The position numbers and the translations under genes were made by a program. A stretch of DNA of 63,973 bases, counting the filler, from Intoshia linei (Eukaryota; Animalia; Orthonectida): the NCBI GenBank assembly GCA_001642005.1. It is 6 parts of 6 records of this genome, joined end to end, with 100 filler letters (N's around TTAATTAATTAA, not from the genome) between each part and the next. Parts side by side here need not be neighbours in the genome. Positions count along the whole stretch, not along the records: positions 52,127 to 60,644 come from LWCA01001447.1; positions 60,745 to 62,814 come from LWCA01002422.1; positions 62,915 to 63,973 come from LWCA01002819.1; 3 more parts are not named here. One strand, written 5' to 3'. Within the stretch, counting starts at the first letter, position 1, and each line of letters starts with the position of its first letter. Of the stretch, positions 57,701 to 63,973 are shown piece after piece. The notes beneath the pieces were generated by a model that worked only from the letters and a program-made list of their open reading frames with translations, did not search any database and had not been told where the DNA came from.

Positions 57701-59282
57701 ATTCCTAAAGTTAAATTATTTAGTGATAATTAATTTCAGGTCTCGTAGAGTTGTAATTTCTGGATAAAACTGGAAAAAAGAAATCGAGAAAGATAGAGAT
57801 TTTTTTTTAATTTCATTAAGATAGCAATTCACTTACAAAAAAACGTTCAAGGGCATAGATCAATAGTTATTAACCTTTTTCCACTTGGCACCCCTAAAAA
57901 TGTAATAATTTAAATGTAAACTTACATTTATAGTAAAACTATGGTAACAAAAAATTATGATTTTATTCATTATTCATTAACTGACATGGCTAAAAATGGC
58001 TTTAAATTTGAATTAATTTAGAAGAAACCTTTGAACATAACAAATACTGGTTTTTACAATATATTAATATCATTTATTTTAGTGCCGTTTAATATTAATC
58101 GATTTCATTTTTTTTGGATAAATGCTTAAAATCAAAAAAGGCATAGACCTGCAAAATGGGTTTTTCTAATAAAAAAAAAGTGGAAACCCTAATATGCATA
58201 TTAAAATATTTAATATTTAAAAATTTTAAATTAATATATAAAATTTAACTTTATTTTCGAAACTTTATTCAAGTTTAAAAAATTAACTGTAAAATGATTT
58301 TTATTAAAAATTTTCTGGCACCCCTGGGGTGCCGACACCCCAGGTTAAGAACCCATGACATAGATGATTGCCTAAATATTCAATAATTTTAATTCAGTTT
58401 TGAAAAATATTTAAAAAATTGTTCTTTATCCATTATTTAAGTATGCTTGTGAAATTGTATTATTGCAATGCTAATTGAATGAAAAACAATGTATTACCGT
58501 TTATTTAAAAAATTAACAGTAGTAGAATTAAAAAAAGTCAATTTCTACATAATACAGGTTTTTCGTGGGTGATGTTTATACCTTAGTTTTATTTACTGAA
58601 ATTGAGTTTTTCGGATGAAAAACCTCATTTGCACTTTTTTTAATTAAAATAAAATCAGCTATAAAATTTAAAAAAAATATATATTCTCGAACGCAAAAAG
58701 AAAATATACAAAATATTAATTTATTATCTGGATTATAATATACTATAGTACCTAGTACAGATAAATTGCAGTACTTTGGGCTGCACTGTTTGCAGCCCGA
58801 GATTTGTGAATTTCAGTATGTAATTTCAACACTGAAATTCAGAAATTAAACAGTTTAATAGACATATTAAAGTTCCATACATGAAATATACATGTTTTTG
58901 TAGCTCCAGAAATTATTTTGTCTACGAGCTGCCACTGCTAATAAACTAACCAAGTTAAATTTGAAACGGGAAAATTTGCGTTAGTGATGTTTTCATAGAT
59001 CAACATCAATTTGTGCGTGGATTCAAAATAATCCTAAATATAAGTAAATAATAATTATATCTATTCATCATTTGAATTATACATTTATAACAACAAAAAT
59101 GATTGTAATCCCATAATTTACAATGCTAATAGAATGATAATTACATAAATAATTTTGACGTTATTTTCATCAAAAACATTGATTCCTTTGGAGCTAGTAA
59201 TTATATTTGTATCTACATCATTTAAGATAAAGCTTTTTAGGATAAATTGTAAAACATTTTCCTTGGTATTCAATTGGTGGCT
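54703..59282 (-). CDS. Large unidentified multi-exon gene, partial model
   Basis: Series of in-phase AG/GT-bounded open segments (HQLNTKENVLQF...|DYFESTHKLML...; SKIESKSSDPP...|DYKENDYIELLLKEC...|LNIMKTVK...), with a possible end SMESGDWLIKATLE*. Family not recognised and ends uncertain. Confidence 0.5.
54757..56017 (+). mobile_element. Most complete non-autonomous Helitron copy (~1.26 kb)
   Basis: 5' A|TCCTTACTTATATA, perfect 10-bp hairpin CTGTTTGTAC-tac-GTACAAACAG (55986-56008), 3' CTAT|T (CTAG in other copies), no target duplication. Confidence 0.88.
57861..58357. mobile_element. hAT MITE
   Basis: Imperfect TIRs caatagttattaacct / aggttaagaacccatg with flanks gcatagat and acatagat (7/8 match). 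Confidence 0.7.
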
Positions 59283-59487
59283 TAATTATACATTCAAATA
59301 TCTACAGGTATAAACACATTGAGGTGTAATGGTGATACAACGATTTTAATCTTTACTTACATGTGTATAAAGTAATACATAAATATAAAGTGAAATGATA
59401 ACCAATGGTAACTTGGGTTTTTAACCCTGAAGGATAAAATTTCTCAAAATGAAAATTGCGATAAAACATGACTCTTTCCCTTTATAC

Positions 59488-60151
59488 CAGTGGTTCTTAA
59501 CCTTTTTTGACCTATGCACCCTCAAATATTGATCTTCATAACTGTGCACCCTTGATTAAAAATCAATTAATTAATGCAATATTAATTATAAATTCAGTTT
59601 TAACTACTTAATTTAATACACCGTTTCTACGGACAAAATGTAATTTACAGATTTTTCCGATAGAATTTTAGAAGTAAAACTGCTTTGGTCAACTTAATAA
59701 ATTCATTAATCAAAAATAGACTATTAGAATACAATTTTACAGAGTCAGAAAAAGACATATTATGTAAAAGCGTAAATCTATTACATAACAATTGAATAGT
59801 AACATATTTATTTACATCAATTTTAATGGGATCGTTGCTGTTGCTTTGAACTAAGAAGTAAGCTAAATCTTGGTATAGTTTTTGATAGGCTTACTCGCAT
59901 ATCGGCACGAACATCTAATTTATTCCTTTTTTTTGTTTTTAAATTTCTTAGAGTAGGAAACCCAGTTTCACAAAACCATGTTGTAACAAAAAGTATAATT
60001 ACTTCAAGGGCCTTTTCAGCCAAAGTTGGATAGATATTAAACATGATACACCAAAAATCACCAAGGTCCATGTTTTCAAATTTCATTTTTAATATTTCCT
60101 TAATTTTTAAGTCAAATAGATCATCTTTAAAACTATTGTAGTCATCTATAT
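59488..60151 (-). mobile_element. hAT (Buster/Charlie-type) element 3' part
   Basis: TIR CAGTGGTTCTTAACCT and dimerisation-domain peptide FVTTWFCETGF...KTKKRNKLDVRADMRV...QQQRSH. Confidence 0.88.
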
Positions 60152-60644
60152 CAGGGCTTCTCAAACTAGGGGTCGCGTCAAAATAAATTGGGGTCGCAAG
60201 AAAATTTATTAACATTGTTATTTTTTTAAACTTGAAGTAAAAAATTTAAATGTATCTATAAATAAATTACATTAAGATTTTTATAAATTATCACTCATTT
60301 GAATATCTCGTTTATCATTTATAAAATTTAAATAATTACTTTATTACTAAAACGGATCTATAAAAACGTTAATATATCAATGAAAACATTGGCTAACAAA
60401 ACAAAAAACCGAAAAAGGAGATACAGTAAATCCTTTTTACAATATGGATTTACAACATCAATTCAAAATAATGAAGATCAACCTTTTTGTGTAGTATGCA
60501 ATGAAATTTTAGCAAACGAAGGTATGAAGCCCTCGAAATTAAAAAAACATTTGAATTCAAAGCATACTATGTACGCTGATAAACCTATTCAATTTTTTGA
60601 AAGAAAATTAGAATCATTTGAAAAGCAACAATCTTCGTTTGAAA
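60152..60644 (+). mobile_element. Second hAT (Buster-type) element 5' part, abutting or nested in the previous one, cut by the gap
   Basis: TIR CAGGGCTTCTCAAACT and BED finger RRYSKSFLQYGF...CVVCNEILANEGMKPSKLKKHLNSKH. Confidence 0.88.
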
Positions 60645-61461
60645 NNNNNNNNNNNNNNNNNNNNNNNNNNNNNNNNNNNNNNNNNNNNTTAATTAATTAA
60701 NNNNNNNNNNNNNNNNNNNNNNNNNNNNNNNNNNNNNNNNNNNNTTTTATGAATTATAATTATTATAAATTAATTAAATCTGTTAGTTTTAACATAATAA
60801 TTAATTAATTAATTTTTTTTTAATTTTTTGAGTATAGATTTTTTTGTGTGCCCGCGTAATAATTTTTTTCACATTTGGCCCGCTAAGCAAATTGAGTCTG
60901 ACACCCCTGTTTTAGACTGAAACGCAGTTACTTAATGATACGTTTAATTATATGTATATTATAGTATACTAATTTTTAGTTGTTGTCAATATCTTTCAGA
61001 ATAAGACAAAACTGATAACATTAGATTCAAATCCAAACTACCATGCTCGAAGGCACCAAAAAAGAAAAATAGCCCCAAAATTTTTTTCTAAACGATGCGT
61101 AAAATCATATAGCCCTACCTATAGCCTATGTATATGACTTATTTATGTCATATATGATTATGTCATATTATTTATGATAAGCATAGTTATTACAAATAGT
61201 AAAATTAAAAAATGGCCAAAATGCCATTTTTAAAGGTGAACTGTATGAACTCTACACGATCAATTTTTATAATATTTCATTTTTCTAAATAAAATTATAT
61301 GTTCTATCGTTTAGTCATAATTAAAATCATCGATAATTTTGACCTTCGACCAGTGTTATAATCGTTTATTATTATAATTATTATATTTTAATTCTACATT
61401 TATTTGGTATAAAAACTATTCAAATCTCAAAAATACACTTCAAATAACTTGAAATTTAGTA

Positions 61462-61530
61462 CAGTATAATGTCAGTTATTCGTCTGATATTTCAAATCTC
61501 CATTTTGGCCGAATAACGGAGGTTATACTG
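61462..61530. mobile_element. 69-bp pogo-type micro-MITE
   Basis: 21-bp imperfect TIRs starting CAGTATAA and ending GTTATTCG, with TA flanks. Confidence 0.7.
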
Positions 61531-62914
61531 TATTTTAATATTACCGGTTTCAGAAGAAAAAACCTAAAAAAAGAATCTCTTATAGGCACTTAATTTAAAT
61601 TAAAATTTTGCTTCTAATAAACCTCTATATTTTTTAAATATAAAAACCTGAAGTATTAATTCTTTATTTTTTTCGTAATGATTTTTCAGTATATCAGCCT
61701 TTCGGGTATTATCGCTTTTATTTATGGATAATTGTTTTTCTTGTTGACGTAGTTTGTTCTTAAATTCCTATATTTTTTAAAATTACAAAATTAGTTTAAT
61801 ATTTTCATGCTAGAAAAATTTTTCCCGAAAAATTCCGCTAATTTTTGTTTTTTTGTAATGCTTTTTGCTAATGATATTTTGACAATTATAATACCTCGTA
61901 TATTTTTTTGGTTCGTATTTTAATTTCAGTATTTATATAATTTTTGATAAAATCTTTAAAATTTGTGTTTATCTCTTGAATTTCCTTTTCAAGTAACTTT
62001 TTTCGGTTTAAATCGATAATATTTTTTTTCTATATTGATGATTAGTAAGTACAATTTTTATCTAATTTCAGCGTTTCTCAAAGATGCCGCATGGATATGT
62101 GTGTTCACGAATTATCATTATAATTATAATGAGACAGATCTTTTTAGTTAGATGAGTCAGTAGAATCTTTAATATTTACTTTTTTACACTACATTTATTC
62201 ATAATTATATGTAGTATTTATTCAGAATATTATTAATTTAAAATGAAGTGGTTTTTGCCTATTTGTAAATTCCTCATGTACTATTTTACTCATCAAGATG
62301 CTGATATGACAATAACATGACACTATAAACAACTATTGGCCAATATTTGACAGAGAGGGTCGTAATATCAAAATTATTGGAATTTTGATAATTTGAAGGG
62401 CGATTTTAATACCTTTAATTTATTTCTGATTTCATCAAGTTGAGTTAAAATGTAGTGTGCATCAATATTAAGCATTTTGGATTCATTAGTCGAAATATAA
62501 TGAGATGGTGTAATTGACATACTTGTGTGATGATTAGTTTTAATAATTTTCATTTATACTAAGAATAATGAATTAACAACATCAACAAATATGTAGCATT
62601 GCAACATGATACAATACAATTTTTATTTCTAACATATTCAATGGTAACGTTTCAGACTCACAACTTAAATTTTTGTTTTTAATTTAATTTTAAAAATTTC
62701 GTTAGTAAGTCCATATTAAGTTAATAAATAACGTATTTTTTGTAACGCATTCATCTAAATCAGGGCTGGCCAACTTGATTTTTTAGAGATCGACTTTATA
62801 TTTTTTGAAATACTNNNNNNNNNNNNNNNNNNNNNNNNNNNNNNNNNNNNNNNNNNNNTTAATTAATTAANNNNNNNNNNNNNNNNNNNNNNNNNNNNNN
62901 NNNNNNNNNNNNNN

Positions 62915-63810
62915 AAACTATTAAATTTAATAAAAAAAGAGGAATTAGCAATGATATCAACTGATCGTGGTGTAAGAATTAATTTTAAAGATTTGTCTCT
63001 TGAAAACTTTTGGATTTCAATGAAATGCGAATATCTTGCTATATTTAGTAAAGCGTTATACATATTATTATTTTCGACTTTATATCCATATGAAATAGGA
63101 TTTTCAAACCTTGCTAACAATAAAACATAAAAAAGAGAAAGAATTAAATACATGTATGTTAAAGAATAAATGATAATTTCTGTCTCACATTCAACCTTAA
63201 ATTAATAAAATTGCCAAAACTCATCAAGCTAAAATTTCAAACATTAAATAATTATTTTAGCAATTTAATGTAAAATAGATTATGTTTGATTAAAAATTAT
63301 ATTATTGTCGCTCACTTTAAGATAGTGTTGCCCAACCGATGGGTCGAGAGAAGTTGAATAATAAATAAATAAACTTACATTAAATTAATGTTAATAAATT
63401 ATTTACTATTTTTCTACTCTATACATCTAAATCAGTTTTTCACAACCTTTTTTATGCTAGGCCCCACTTTTACTCTTAAAAAAATTCCAGGCCCCACCGA
63501 AAAATAAATTCGAGCGAATTATAATAAAATAATGATAAAAACAATAATAATGTATTTATTTTTTAGAATTAATGAGACGATTGAGCCTGACGATTCTGAC
63601 AGAGTTTATTAATATTAGGTACTAATGTTGTAAGCTTTAATCGTAGATTTCCCCTTTTTGAAATTTGTAGTCTATTTATTTTTTTATCAGTAAGTCTAAA
63701 AGTGCACTAAACCAGCATTCTGCTAAATAAAAGGATGGAGATGGCAACAAAGCAATCCTAGCAAAACTAGTTAAAGTCGGATAATTTTGTAAATTTACAA
63801 ATTTGGCATT
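62915..63810. mobile_element. Two decayed hAT transposase 3' ends in opposite orientations
   Basis: Plus strand: LENFWISMKCEY...FSTLYPYEIGFSNL. Minus strand from TIR 63432: YLAECWFSALLDLL...RGNLRLKLT...QAQSSH. Confidence 0.75.
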
Positions 63811-63906
63811 TTTCATATACTTAATGCTTAACGAACTCCCGCGTTAACAAAATAATTAAAAAAAACACAAAAAATAAAAAAATATGCGAAAATTAATTAA
63901 TTAAAT

Positions 63907-63973
63907 TATTAGATCATTTACAAAGTAATGTCGTTTTTATAACTATAATTAAAACTTCTATAATAACAATTTT
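63907..63973 (-). mobile_element. mariner terminal sequence
   Basis: Near-exact reverse complement of 52270-52336. Confidence 0.8.

Noticed and set aside
59823-60215. 130-aa ORF as an intact gene
   Set aside because: Its N-terminus is the antisense TIR of the adjacent hAT element, making it a chimeric artefact.
61540-62555. K/N-rich minus-strand coding-like region, possibly a LINE ORF1 relic or a gene
   Set aside because: Stops in all frames and no recognisable motif, so I cannot support a call.

Overview
Very AT-rich eukaryotic (animal) scaffold made of six contigs joined by five artificial 100-nt spacers (N44-TTAATTAATTAA-N44). Genes are densely packed with GT-AG introns mostly 31-45 nt long. 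That, plus divergent metazoan proteins, suggests a reduced parasite genome such as the orthonectid Intoshia linei (inference only). I assembled exon models by hand for V-ATPase subunit d, LPGAT1, hnRNP U-like, mitochondrial ATP synthase b, TFIIF-alpha, kinesin-6, lysyl-tRNA synthetase, the DENND4/Crag N-terminus, prefoldin 5, USO1/p115 and RBM25. There is also a SNAPC5-like ORF and several unidentified genes. Long introns and the 28.8-40.6 kb and 59.5-64 kb blocks are filled with decayed DNA transposons: a high-copy non-autonomous Helitron, hAT, Tc1/mariner, pogo-type MITEs, MULE, PIF/Harbinger, Chapaev-like and piggyBac-like elements. I found no convincing new multi-gene system. The most notable observations are convergent genes whose stop codons are 2 nt apart, a probable dual-start mitochondrial/cytosolic LysRS, apparent truncation of RAP74, p115 and DENND4, and orphan genes, one with a globin-like pattern.
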